This document shows positions 31,226-41,148 of a stretch of DNA of 64,000 nucleotides, piece after piece. The notes under the pieces were generated by a model that saw only the letters and a program-made list of their open reading frames with translations, was not told the origin of the DNA and searched no databases. The translations under genes were made by a program, and so were the position numbers. The DNA comes from Methanobacteriota archaeon (GTDB lineage: Archaea > Thermoplasmatota > Thermoplasmata > SG8-5 > JAGLSY01). Numbering within the stretch: the stretch's first letter is position 1; the number at the start of each line of letters is the position of its first letter. The stretch spans positions 64,001 to 128,000 of the forward strand of contig JAEHCQ010000006.1 of the NCBI GenBank assembly GCA_020696385.1, in the 5' to 3' direction.

Positions 31226-32419
31226 GTGAAGATGTCTGAGATCGGGAGTAGCTATGATGTTATTGTGGTGGGCGGTGGCCCCATCGGCTCAAAAACAGCA
31301 TCCCTTGTCTCCCAGGCAGGTCTTGATGTTCTTGTCATTGAAGAACATAAAGCAATTGGCTCACCTTTGCAATGTGCCGGAATTGTCAGCACTCGTATCG
31401 AGGAACTGGCTTATGATGGTCTTCCAATACTGAATAGAATAAAAGGTGGAAAGATAGTCTCGCCAAATTCCACAACTCTTTCTTTAAGGTCTGATTCCAA
31501 CAAGGCCCTGATATTGGATCGGCAAAAGTTCGATGTAGGGATGGCTGCAAAAGCAGTGGATGCTGGTTCTTCGATCTCAATGGGATCGCGGTTCATTGGG
31601 ATGAAGCATTCTCATGGGAAGATCACTGCCAGTATCAAACTGAATGGTATTACTGAACTAATTTCTTCTAGATTGATAATTGGTGCTGATGGGCCACGTT
31701 CTGATGTTAGAGTGGCCAATGGCCTGCTTCCACCTCAGGAATATCTTTATGGTATGCAGACCGAAGTTCCAATATCTCTTCTTCCGAATTTGATACAGGA
31801 TGAGGTTGAGATCCATATTGGCAGTCAAATAGCCCCGGGATTCTTTTCATGGCTAATTCCAACCGGAGAAAATGTGCGTATTGGACTCTGTACATCTGGT
31901 GATGTGTATCCAAAGCGGTTCTTCAATTCCTTCATGAAAAAACTTGGAATATCAAATATTAAGACACCAATAAGTTCTGGCTCGATACCACTTGGCCTTA
32001 TGGAGCGAAATTATGCGGATCGTGTGATGCTGGTTGGTGATGCTGCTTGCCAGGTGAAGCCTCTGACAGGTGGTGGGCTTGTCTTTGGCCTCATGTGTGC
32101 GAAACACTGTGCGGATACAGCGATCGCATCACTGGAAAGCGATCGTTTGGACGAATCTTCCCTGAAGACCTATGGTGGATCGTGTATGGAATCCATTGGG
32201 AAGGAGATCAAACAGGCACTATTACTTCGCAAAATATTCATTGGATTAAATGATAATGAACTAGATGAGATAATTCATATCCTTGGTGATGAGGATCTTT
32301 CAAGATTCCTTGTCTCCAGGGGGGATATGGACTTTCCCTCTATCGCGTCTAAAGCGGTGTTTCGCAAGTTTCCTAAACTGATAAAATTTGCCCCACATCT
32401 TCTGAAGGCCTTTCTTTAA
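31226..32419 (+). CDS. Geranylgeranyl reductase family flavoprotein (DGGGPL reductase-like)
   Basis: DVIVVGGGPIGS, GSPLQCAG, LDRQKFD, IGADG, APGFFSWLIP and LVGDAACQVKPLTGGG motifs. Confidence 0.9.
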   Translation: MKMSEIGSSYDVIVVGGGPIGSKTASLVSQAGLDVLVIEEHKAIGSPLQCAGIVSTRIEELAYDGLPILNRIKGGKIVSPNSTTLSLRSDSNKALILDRQKFDVGMAAKAVDAGSSISMGSRFIGMKHSHGKITASIKLNGITELISSRLIIGADGPRSDVRVANGLLPPQEYLYGMQTEVPISLLPNLIQDEVEIHIGSQIAPGFFSWLIPTGENVRIGLCTSGDVYPKRFFNSFMKKLGISNIKTPISSGSIPLGLMERNYADRVMLVGDAACQVKPLTGGGLVFGLMCAKHCADTAIASLESDRLDESSLKTYGGSCMESIGKEIKQALLLRKIFIGLNDNELDEIIHILGDEDLSRFLVSRGDMDFPSIASKAVFRKFPKLIKFAPHLLKAFL

Positions 32420-33157
32420 TTTTACATGTTTAGTATCAGATTCCACGATATATAATGATAAAGCCGCAGCACCAATGAATGTGGTGATGCCAATAAGAAG
32501 GTAATAAGGCCACTGTGGTATGTATTTCATCACAGTGAATGACGTATCCGGGATGATGCCATCATAACCCAATGAATTCAGGTATGAGATGTTCACTCCA
32601 TTATCATCTGGCTCATTATTGATAAGTGTGTACCATTCTTCATCCGAAAAATAGCCCCTTGATGCCATGGCATAGGAATCATTACCCACTTCGAACTCCA
32701 GAAGAAAGCTCACAAAATAAGAGCTCTGGGAGAAGTAGGCGCCATGTGGGGTATCGTCTACTGTGATTATGCTCATATTGATAGTCTCGGATGTATTTGC
32801 CTCTAATATGTCCAATTTGATCTCGGAAATAGTAGTTCCCGTATCTGAGAATTCTGGCGCATTCTGAATTTCAGTTGTTGCCATGGCCAATTCTGCTGTT
32901 TTGTAAAGATAGATGGACAATGTGAGGGTTATATTGCTCATGGTGGAGTTATCCATGATCGGATTGAATAGTTGGAATTCCAATACTCCATTTTCACCAG
33001 GTGTGATTATTGGTGTTCTGATGTCCTTGATCATCTTATTGACATTGCCTGCGTCTGTAACGGCTATTTGTCCTGTGTCTGTGACCTGGGCTTGGCATGC
33101 GCTGAGATTTATTGCAATAATAAGAATAAAGATCAATCCAGCCTTTGCAACCTTCAT
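32300..33157 (-). CDS. Hypothetical secreted/membrane protein
   Basis: Signal peptide, extracellular beta-rich region, C-terminal TM helix; 3' end overlaps the convergent reductase gene. Confidence 0.7.
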   Translation of the reverse strand: MKVAKAGLIFILIIAINLSACQAQVTDTGQIAVTDAGNVNKMIKDIRTPIITPGENGVLEFQLFNPIMDNSTMSNITLTLSIYLYKTAELAMATTEIQNAPEFSDTGTTISEIKLDILEANTSETINMSIITVDDTPHGAYFSQSSYFVSFLLEFEVGNDSYAMASRGYFSDEEWYTLINNEPDDNGVNISYLNSLGYDGIIPDTSFTVMKYIPQWPYYLLIGITTFIGAAALSLYIVESDTKHVKLKKGLQKMWGKFYQFRKLAKHRFRRDRGKVHIPPGDKES

Positions 33158-33373
33158 TGAGGGGCCAATAGGTGTCTATTATGAAATAACTTTTGTTCGT
33201 GATTTCTTCATATTCATCGTGCATTTTTGCTTATATATCCCCATAATAGTATCCAATATGCATATTTATACAAATAGATACCTTATTATGCATGTTCTCC
33301 TTACCGAGTCGAGTTCAAGGGTGTTGGTTATGGATATTTCATTATTATTTTGTTATTTGAGAGGTGTTGATTT

Positions 33374-34411
33374 ATGATACGATACGGCCCTTCAGGCATA
33401 CCTCTGTCATGCAAAGGCAGGACATTGAGAGACGGTATTGAGGATGTTCATATACTGGGACTTACCGCGATGGAGGTCCAGGTATTGCGTACGAATGTGT
33501 ATGAAAGGACCGCCACGGAAGAAGAGGAGAGCATAACTCCCCTTGAATTCCATAATGAAATAATGGTCGAGGTTTTCCGTGGAAGCGGCAAGAAACGAGA
33601 GCCAATTGCCCTGAATGAGGAGATCAAAAAGGGCGATACTATATATTCCATGTCAAACCCGATCGCTCGCGATTACACACACTTGTCCGAGCTTTCAGAG
33701 ATTGCCAGGAACCTCGATGTCGAGTTATCCATACACACTCCTTATTACATGGATCTGGTCGCAGACAATGATCTTCTTTACAAAAGCATTGATAGTATAA
33801 GATGGGCTGGACTGCTTGCAAAACAACTTGGTGCCAGTATGATAGTCACCCACCTTGGAATGTATGGGAATCATTCCAAGACTCAGGCTGCCAAAAATAT
33901 AAAAAATAATCTAATGATGATATCTGATTGGCTTCTGGAAAATGACATTCATGTTCCGATCGGTGTTGAAACAAGTGGAAGACAGGAGATATTCGGAACC
34001 TTCCCTGAGATCATCAAGCTATGCAAGGATGTACCTGGCCTTGTTCCAATTATAAACTTCTCACATATACACGCCAGAGGTAATGGCGCACTGAAGAAGA
34101 AGGAAGATTTCCAGGAATTGTTCGACAAGGCAGATAAGTATTCTGATGGCTTTTTCCATACGCATTTCTCAGGTGTTGAGCATGAAGGTGGAAATGAGAT
34201 AAGATATACTCCTATCAAGAAGGGCGATCTCAAATTCGAACCACTGGCTGAATGTGTCCTTGACAATGATATCGATCTCACTTTGATATGTGGATCTCCA
34301 TTATTGGAACATGATGCGATGTACATGAAGGTCATACTTGAGCGTGTTCTGGCCAAAAGAGAGGCCAAGGCTGAGAGACTGAAAATAAAAGAAAGCACTA
34401 AGAAGAAATAA
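33374..34411 (+). CDS. Endonuclease IV-like (AP endonuclease family 2) TIM-barrel protein
   Basis: MIRYGPSGIP, LSIHTPYYMDL, GVETSGR, NFSHIHAR, HFSG, ICGSPLLEHDA. Confidence 0.8.
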   Translation: MIRYGPSGIPLSCKGRTLRDGIEDVHILGLTAMEVQVLRTNVYERTATEEEESITPLEFHNEIMVEVFRGSGKKREPIALNEEIKKGDTIYSMSNPIARDYTHLSELSEIARNLDVELSIHTPYYMDLVADNDLLYKSIDSIRWAGLLAKQLGASMIVTHLGMYGNHSKTQAAKNIKNNLMMISDWLLENDIHVPIGVETSGRQEIFGTFPEIIKLCKDVPGLVPIINFSHIHARGNGALKKKEDFQELFDKADKYSDGFFHTHFSGVEHEGGNEIRYTPIKKGDLKFEPLAECVLDNDIDLTLICGSPLLEHDAMYMKVILERVLAKREAKAERLKIKESTKKK

Positions 34412-34421
34412 TGGTGATCTC

Positions 34422-34961
34422 TTGGAAGAGTCTGAAGAATATATCATTAATAAGATCAAGGAAACTCTAGAATCATCCAATCTTGAGAACCGAAGTGAGT
34501 TCATTGATTATATACTGAATTCCAAGAAGGTCTTCATTTATGGTGTTGGGCGATCTGGACTTGTCGCCAAGGCCTTTGCGATACGTCTTGTTCAATTGGG
34601 ACTTAAAGTATTCTTCATAGGTGAGACCATCACACCCATCGTGGAACCCAATGATTTTGTTATCGTGATATCCAAGACTGGCGAGACCATGTCAGCCATA
34701 CAGACTGCCAATATCGTAGGGCGGGTTGGTGCCACGGTCGCGGTCATAACTGCCAAAGGAAGCTCCAAGCTCGCACATGCCTCCAATCTCCTGATCACTT
34801 TGAAAACAGATAGTAATAATACAATATCTGAATTGGCTCCTCTTGGAACTCTATTCGAGGATACCGCACTTATATTTTTAGATGGGATGATATCTGATAT
34901 CATGAAAAGAATGGGCGAGACCGAGAAGAACATGAGAACTCGTCATGCCATATGGGTGTGA
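34422..34961 (+). CDS. hxlB: 6-phospho-3-hexuloisomerase (SIS domain)
   Basis: YGVGRSGLVAKAFAIRL, IGETITP, APLGTLFED, MRTRHA. Confidence 0.85.
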   Translation: MEESEEYIINKIKETLESSNLENRSEFIDYILNSKKVFIYGVGRSGLVAKAFAIRLVQLGLKVFFIGETITPIVEPNDFVIVISKTGETMSAIQTANIVGRVGATVAVITAKGSSKLAHASNLLITLKTDSNNTISELAPLGTLFEDTALIFLDGMISDIMKRMGETEKNMRTRHAIWV

Positions 34962-35043
34962 ATTATAAGAACAGGAAGCCTGAATTACTCTACCCAGTAA
35001 ATCAGCATAAATATTAAAACCCTGAAACCTATGTAATCATGCC

Positions 35044-35466
35044 ATGAAGTTCGTAAGGATCTCACAAATGGAATTCGAAAAGATCAGAGGACTCTATGAG
35101 AGTGTGATGTCTCATGCTTGCTACGGACTTTTTTTCAGGGAGGGCTTTGCATTTGGTGAGATTATTGCAAAGATCGCCAAGGCAGACGGCAGTGATTATT
35201 ACACCACTGCCGGTCGTTTGATCAAAGGGCGTGGTTGGATAGACAGTATCGAATTCGATGGCTACAATGTGACAACAACAGGTTCAATTGAAGCCTCCTC
35301 TGACGTGGGTGATGTAACATGCCACAGGGTGCGGGGGATGCTCAAGGCTATTTATGAAGAAGAAACAGGCAAGAAGCTGGCCTGTTTCGAGGATGAATGT
35401 GTGAGTATGGGTGCAGAAGCCTGTAAGTTCAGACTGGTGGAATTGCAATCAAAAGAAAGATCATAG
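35044..35466 (+). CDS. V4R-domain protein
   Basis: GWID, SIEA...CHRVRGMLKAIY...EDECVSMGAEACKF; three conserved Cys of V4R. Confidence 0.8.
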   Translation: MKFVRISQMEFEKIRGLYESVMSHACYGLFFREGFAFGEIIAKIAKADGSDYYTTAGRLIKGRGWIDSIEFDGYNVTTTGSIEASSDVGDVTCHRVRGMLKAIYEEETGKKLACFEDECVSMGAEACKFRLVELQSKERS

Positions 35467-35517
35467 TGTTATGAATTTGCATAATATGATGATATGAAGT
35501 ATTACCTTATTATTTTA

Positions 35518-35901
35518 TTAAACATCACTTTCTGTTTCAGATGACCTATCCCACATATCATCATCACCCTCATTATATATGTCATATTTGCCCTTTTTTT
35601 CCTCTATTTCTATGCCCCGTGAAAGTTTTATGATATAATCTCTGTTGAGAACCCAGTAATGGATCCTCCATCTTTTGCCTTTTTTGAGGGTAGCTTCTTC
35701 ATTATCTGTCTTGAGCAATTTGACATTTTCCATTTTATAAAATAGATCTCTATCTTTGGAGGTAAGCTTATTGTCAATTATAACCTCTCTGAATCCGAAG
35801 AAGCTCATTATATGCTCTGCCATAGCGCATACTTCTTCGCCATCCATTTCAAATGTTTTTGAAATCGCAATTTTCATGTCTTCCAAAGTTACAATTGCCA
35901 A
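35518..35901 (-). CDS. Conserved archaeal hypothetical protein (DUF6015-like, possible winged helix)
   Basis: HIMSFFGF..IIDNKL...DRDLFYKME...LL...EEATL..GKRWRIHYW pattern, recalled from Thermoplasmata proteins; TTG start. Confidence 0.55.
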   Translation of the reverse strand: MAIVTLEDMKIAISKTFEMDGEEVCAMAEHIMSFFGFREVIIDNKLTSKDRDLFYKMENVKLLKTDNEEATLKKGKRWRIHYWVLNRDYIIKLSRGIEIEEKKGKYDIYNEGDDDMWDRSSETESDV

Positions 35902-35985
35902 GCTGCCCCTCGACTCCTATAAACACCTATGTAAATAAAATGGTATCTATTGATAATACCATTATTGGCAGTATGGTAGGATGGA

Positions 35986-36009
35986 TTGCCAGGTATTGAG
36001 ACCTGGCAA
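35986..36009 (-). terminator. Hairpin downstream of purC
   Basis: TTGCCAGGT-ATTGAG-ACCTGGCAA perfect stem. Confidence 0.5.
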
Positions 36010-36028
36010 CTATAATAGATCCTCGAAC

Positions 36029-36922
36029 TCAGAACTTCTCACCAGTTAGGCGTTCGTGCAATTCTGCATACAATAAGCTGGTATCTTTGATCATTTCCTC
36101 GGTCAATGCAGGTATTGCTGGCTCTTCTTTTCCAGCATCCCTGGCATCCATAAGTTCCTCGTAGTAGCCTGTGTTCGTGTAGTACTTGCGAACGAATTCC
36201 TTGCTTCGATCAACAAGTTCACCTTTTTTGTACTCGTCCATCTCCCAGAACCTGTCCTCATCCGCTGTGCCAAAGGTATCAATGAGCATTATCTTACCAT
36301 CATGGTCCAGTGCGAATTCCTTCTTTCCATCGACATGGATAAGTCCTCTTTTTTCGACCTCTTCCTCTATCTTTTCATCGATGCGGAGAATGATATCATA
36401 GATCTCATCCAATTCCTCTTTTCTTATTCCGAATTCATTCATGGCCTCTTCAATTGTGATAGGGCGATCATATTCCTCGAACTTGGTTGTGATCTCTATG
36501 AATGGAACTGGGATCTTCTGACCATACTTTGGCTCGCCTTCAATGCCAAGGACACTCTTGTCCACCTTGCCTTTTTCCAATCGTCTCCACATTGAGCCAG
36601 CCAGATAGTGTCTGCATATGAATTCCAGAGGTATGATACATCCCTTTCTATCCTCGAGATCCTTCAATGTCAATACCTTCCGAACGCCTTTTACAAGCAT
36701 CTCATTGGGTGAAAGGCTCTTGATGAAGTGGCTGTTGATGTTCATATCCTTCATTAGATTGAACCAGTGCTCAGTCGTTCTGCAAAGACTTTCCCCTTTT
36801 CTTGGTATCATTGAGGGGATGACCTTGTCAAATACAGATATCTGGTCAGTGAACTTGAACATAAGCACACCTGGTTCATAATCATAGACTTCCTTTACTT
36901 TTCCTCTTGCTATCAATTTCAT
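36029..36922 (-). CDS. purC: Phosphoribosylaminoimidazole-succinocarboxamide synthase
   Basis: GKVKEVY, FTDQISVFD, IPLEFICRHYLAGS, HVDGKKEF, DTFGTADEDRFW. Confidence 0.95.
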   Translation of the reverse strand: MKLIARGKVKEVYDYEPGVLMFKFTDQISVFDKVIPSMIPRKGESLCRTTEHWFNLMKDMNINSHFIKSLSPNEMLVKGVRKVLTLKDLEDRKGCIIPLEFICRHYLAGSMWRRLEKGKVDKSVLGIEGEPKYGQKIPVPFIEITTKFEEYDRPITIEEAMNEFGIRKEELDEIYDIILRIDEKIEEEVEKRGLIHVDGKKEFALDHDGKIMLIDTFGTADEDRFWEMDEYKKGELVDRSKEFVRKYYTNTGYYEELMDARDAGKEEPAIPALTEEMIKDTSLLYAELHERLTGEKF

Positions 36923-37057
36923 GTGGATCACGACAGCTGTATCCTACAACTATATCATAATCTTTTTGTTGAAAACAATTGAGCCCTAAAGAATTCAATT
37001 GTTAAGTATTCGACAATTTTAAGAAGCAATTCGGTTTAGGGTTTGACATAACGGTAG

Positions 37058-38335
37058 GTGAATGAATTGACAGATTATACAACATTATTCTCAAAGAGAG
37101 CGCAGGGAATGAAAGCATCTGAGATAAGGGAATTACTCAAGGTGACCCAGAATAAGGAAATTATTTCCTTCGCTGGTGGATTGCCAAGCCCAAAGGCCTT
37201 CCCGATCGAGGATATTAAAAACATATGCAATAAGGTATTGACTGAGAATGGAGAGACAGCTCTCCAGTATTGTGCCACAGAGGGTGTCACCAAGCTGAGG
37301 GAAGCAATTGCCCAACGCATGAATAGCAAGGGCATGGATGTCACATACAAGAACATCCTCGTGACCACTGGCTCACAACAAGGCCTTGATCTTATTGGCA
37401 AAACCTTTTTGAACACTGGTGATACAGTTATTGTCGGTGCTCCAACATATCTTGGTGGGACCAATGCTTTCAATTCATACAGGGCCAAGATGGAGGGCAT
37501 CAAGCTGGATGATGATGGTATGAACCCAGATCTTCTGGCAGATAAATTGAGAAGCCTCAACCTGCATGGAAGTAATCCAAAATTACTCTACATAATTCCC
37601 AGTTTCCAGAATCCTTCTGGAGTGACATTACCAGAGAACAGAAGGAAGAAGATACTGGACATCGCTCATGAGTACGATGTTCTTATTATTGAGGATAATC
37701 CATATTCCGAGTTGAGGTATGATGGAACTCCTCTCAATACGATATATTCAATCGATAAAGAGAATCGAACTGTCTATCTGGGAACCTTCTCCAAGGTTCT
37801 CTCACCCGGGCTCAGGATCGCCTGGACTGTGGCACCACAGGAGCTCATGAATAAATTGATCATAACCAAACAGGCTTCAGATCTCTGTTCCAATACTTTT
37901 GGTCAGTATATGGCATATGAGTATCTCGCTCAGGGATTGATAGACCCTCATATCGAGACTATAAAAACAATATACCGGGAAAAGAGAGATACCATGCTGG
38001 CCTCGCTGAAGAAGCATTTCCCGAAGGGCACAACATGGACAAAGCCTGAAGGAGGTATGTTCATCTGGGCCACTCTTCCAGAATATATCGATACAAGCTT
38101 GATGATCGAGAAGGCCATTGAGAACAAGGTGGCCTATGTCGCGGGTGCGGCATTCCATGCAGACAGGAGTGGAAAGAACTGCATGAGATTGAATTACACC
38201 TATGCAACCCTGGATCAGATAGACATTGGCATAAAGAAACTGGCTGCCACTATAAAAAGTGAGATCAAGGCACATGAGAAGAAACCCGAGAGTCAGTACA
38301 AGCCAGATGAGAATGGTCTGATAACTGGTGTATGA
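37058..38335 (+). CDS. PLP-dependent class I aminotransferase (LysN/Aro8-like)
   Basis: ISFAGGLP, TTGSQQGLD, FQNPSG, EDNPY, GTFSKVLSPGLRIAW. Confidence 0.92.
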   Translation: MNELTDYTTLFSKRAQGMKASEIRELLKVTQNKEIISFAGGLPSPKAFPIEDIKNICNKVLTENGETALQYCATEGVTKLREAIAQRMNSKGMDVTYKNILVTTGSQQGLDLIGKTFLNTGDTVIVGAPTYLGGTNAFNSYRAKMEGIKLDDDGMNPDLLADKLRSLNLHGSNPKLLYIIPSFQNPSGVTLPENRRKKILDIAHEYDVLIIEDNPYSELRYDGTPLNTIYSIDKENRTVYLGTFSKVLSPGLRIAWTVAPQELMNKLIITKQASDLCSNTFGQYMAYEYLAQGLIDPHIETIKTIYREKRDTMLASLKKHFPKGTTWTKPEGGMFIWATLPEYIDTSLMIEKAIENKVAYVAGAAFHADRSGKNCMRLNYTYATLDQIDIGIKKLAATIKSEIKAHEKKPESQYKPDENGLITGV

Positions 38336-38337
38336 TA

Positions 38338-38703
38338 TTACTGAGACACCAGTTCAGTATCTGATAATGTGGCCGTGTCTATATCGGCCACATTTTCCTC
38401 TATATGATCCTCTTCAAAAATGTAGCTATTAATCCTAATGATGTTTTCATCAACCATTGCTTCATCTTCAATGCTGACAGGAGTTTGCTCATTGACTTGC
38501 TCAGGCTCTGTTGCCAGTATCTTCCACAGCAATATCAATGATATCATTATCAGGATCAGTGATGTTGCTCCAGATACAAGTACCAGCTCTGTTGGCCCAT
38601 ACCGTGATATTATCAGAGCTGAGATAAAAGATATGAACCCCAGGCTCAGTGATAATAACAATGCTATCTGGCCTGTTCTGGATGAGCTGCCTGTGTCTGC
38701 CAC
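38338..38703 (-). CDS. Small two-TM hypothetical membrane protein with acidic tail
   Basis: Two hydrophobic helices; lies 11 bp downstream of the KaiC-like gene on the same strand. Confidence 0.6.
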   Translation of the reverse strand: MADTGSSSRTGQIALLLSLSLGFISFISALIISRYGPTELVLVSGATSLILIMISLILLWKILATEPEQVNEQTPVSIEDEAMVDENIIRINSYIFEEDHIEENVADIDTATLSDTELVSQ

Positions 38704-38714
38704 GCAATACCTAC

Positions 38715-39416
38715 CTATTCGCTGATAACCCTGGTTGCCTGGAATCTACCCTGGTGATACATCAATGTGTAATAGTCGGTATTATGGGCTGTAGCTCTCA
38801 TCTTTACACATCTTATGCGCCTCTGGATGTTCACATCACCCACTCTTTCCATTTTCAGGTGGATGATACCATCTGCCAGGAAATCCTCGCCGTATTGTGC
38901 ATAATCCAGGTTTGTGGCACTCATCTCGCCCAATATAAGGGTTGTGACCTTTAGATCCCTCAGCCATTCGAAGAAATGGAATAGTTCCTGGCGTGGATTC
39001 TTGAACTCGGCCAGCATGGAAAGGACAGGCATGGAATCTATGACCAGTATCTCATAATCAAGGCTTTCTTTCAGGTTCATGGCATATGTCTTGAATATTT
39101 GCATCCAGGATTGCGGACCTAGTTTGTCAAGGTTCTTTCTTATGAGAGCAAGATCGACTATCGTGACCAACTGGTCGACCTTGTCGTGGTCGAAGCCCAT
39201 TCCTTTCATGTGTATTGCCAGATTGTCCCTGCTCTGTTCCAGGGTGATATATACGCCTTTCTTTCCCTCAACCAGAGCCTGATTGTAAAGGAGCGAGAAC
39301 GCAATGGAACTCTTGTAAGCCCCTGGCTCTCCTGCAATAAGTACGCAGTGTCCTTCTGGGATGCCCTCGCTTATTCTATCATCAAATCCCTGTATGAAAG
39401 TCTTGATCCTTTTCAT
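38715..39416 (-). CDS. KaiC/RAD55-like RecA-superfamily ATPase
   Basis: KTFIQGFD...GIPEGH, Walker A GEPGAYKSS, YITLEQ, Walker B LVIDS, FLADGIIHL, KMRATAH. Confidence 0.88.
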   Translation of the reverse strand: MKRIKTFIQGFDDRISEGIPEGHCVLIAGEPGAYKSSIAFSLLYNQALVEGKKGVYITLEQSRDNLAIHMKGMGFDHDKVDQLVTIVDLALIRKNLDKLGPQSWMQIFKTYAMNLKESLDYEILVIDSMPVLSMLAEFKNPRQELFHFFEWLRDLKVTTLILGEMSATNLDYAQYGEDFLADGIIHLKMERVGDVNIQRRIRCVKMRATAHNTDYYTLMYHQGRFQATRVISE

Positions 39417-39525
39417 ATTAACCAGGTATGATATACGTTTCATATACGATATAGTTTTCTAATATCCAATCAAAAGGGATGCTTGAGCTAAAGAAATGAT
39501 GTATTAAGATGATCTGGCCAGACAC

Positions 39526-40284
39526 TTATATTTTGAATCGATCTCTGATTATGTCCAGAATTTCTTTTTCTCTATCTGTGGGATCATTTCCCACCACCTT
39601 GGTAATGTCCGTGAAGACCTCTGCAAGCTCCACGCGCCCGTATTTCATATTATTGATAATTTCATCCTCCATCTTGTCATGCTCTTCATCAGAAACACTT
39701 AGATGTTCTTTCAGAGCTCCAATAAGATGTTTTTCAGAGGGTGTAAGCACTCCATTGCGCCAGGCTGTATTAAGTGCCTGGCGATAGATGTCTGTTTTCT
39801 GGGTTCTGGCATCTAGCTCCCTTCTTTTCCTCTCCTCTATGGTTTCCAGAGTTTCTTTTACCAGGTAATTCTCTGCCTTCATGGCCTCGCTGACAATATC
39901 TGATAATGTGAGGTGAACGGAGGTGGCTCCATCTATCTCTGAAAAAAGCATATCAACGATCTCGTCGCCTATCTGCATCTTGATCTTCTTCTTGCCAACA
40001 TGATCTCTAACATCCTTGGCCTTTCTGCGCCCATCCCATGACAGATAATAACATTTCATCCTCTGCTTTGCGCCAACTACATGGCATCTGGTCTCGGAGA
40101 TCATTCCATCATCCATCAGTTTTTTGAGGTATCTGGATATGTGTTTTCTCTGGACATCGACATTCTGTGATATACCTTTCTGGGTAAGGTCCGTGGTGGT
40201 CTCGTAGATGTCCTCCAGGGATTCGAAGTCGGATAGATAAAGAATGATACGCTCCTCGGTAGGTATGGATATCAAAGCAGTCAT
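39526..40284 (-). CDS. Winged-helix DNA-binding protein with C-terminal TerB-like helical domain
   Basis: LTQKGISQNVDVQRKHISRYLKKL HTH; YRQALNTAWRNGVLTPSEKHLIGALKEHLSVSDEEH. Confidence 0.65.
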   Translation of the reverse strand: MTALISIPTEERIILYLSDFESLEDIYETTTDLTQKGISQNVDVQRKHISRYLKKLMDDGMISETRCHVVGAKQRMKCYYLSWDGRRKAKDVRDHVGKKKIKMQIGDEIVDMLFSEIDGATSVHLTLSDIVSEAMKAENYLVKETLETIEERKRRELDARTQKTDIYRQALNTAWRNGVLTPSEKHLIGALKEHLSVSDEEHDKMEDEIINNMKYGRVELAEVFTDITKVVGNDPTDREKEILDIIRDRFKI

Positions 40285-40429
40285 TGAGCCTGGATTGAAT
40301 TAATGATATATATTATTGATTGAAGGTGCAATGAGACTCCCAAGTATAAACAGAGGTCGGTTTGTGATGATCTCTTTCTTTATCAGAAATCATGCAAAGA
40401 TTTTATTTCCTATACAACTATCCAGTATC

Positions 40430-41095
40430 ATGAAGGTAGCCGCACTCTTCTCTGGAGGAAAGGATTCCGTATATGCGATCTACATTGCCCAGCAATGGGG
40501 TTGGGATGTAACTGATCTAATATCTATAATTCCAGAAGAAGGAGAATCCTACATGTTCCATATCCCCAATATCGGGCTCACGGACAAATTGGCGGAATGT
40601 CTCGACATTCCACTTTCCAAGGCATCCACAAAGGGAGAGGAGGAAAAGGAGCTGGATGATCTAAAACAGCTCCTTTCTACCATGGACATCGATGCCCTCA
40701 TAACTGGGGCCATCGCTTCAGACTATCAAACCAGCCGTATAAATCGAATTTGTTATGATCTTGGAATTAAGGTATTCAGCCCCTTGTGGCGATGTGATCA
40801 GCAGATGCTGGTGGAGGATATGATCTCTGCTGGATTCGAGATAATAATTGCCGGGGTGTATGCTGACGGTCTTGGCGAGGACTGGTTGGGTCGGAAATTA
40901 GATGCTGCGGCATTGTCCGAATTAAAGACCATATCTGCCAAGAACAGGATAAATGTGGCTGGCGAAGGTGGGGAGTTCGAGTCACTTGTACTGAATGGGC
41001 CAAATTTCAATAAAACAATGAAGATCATAGGATCCCAAACTGTATGGGAAGGACAGTCTGGTTATTATAGGGTGGATAGAGCAGAGGTAATCTAG
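40430..41095 (+). CDS. dph6: Diphthine--ammonia ligase / ATP pyrophosphatase (Dph6 family)
   Basis: ALFSGGKDS, SYMFH, GAIASDYQ, PLW, GEGGEFESLV. Confidence 0.9.
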   Translation: MKVAALFSGGKDSVYAIYIAQQWGWDVTDLISIIPEEGESYMFHIPNIGLTDKLAECLDIPLSKASTKGEEEKELDDLKQLLSTMDIDALITGAIASDYQTSRINRICYDLGIKVFSPLWRCDQQMLVEDMISAGFEIIIAGVYADGLGEDWLGRKLDAAALSELKTISAKNRINVAGEGGEFESLVLNGPNFNKTMKIIGSQTVWEGQSGYYRVDRAEVI

Positions 41096-41148
41096 TAGAT
41101 GTGCACCTGACCGCAACCATTATTATATGTAATATAATGCACCACCTC

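Noticed and set aside
39416-39443. Repeated MKRI at two possible starts of the KaiC-like gene
   Set aside because: Nucleotide similarity is short; likely chance and relevant only to start choice
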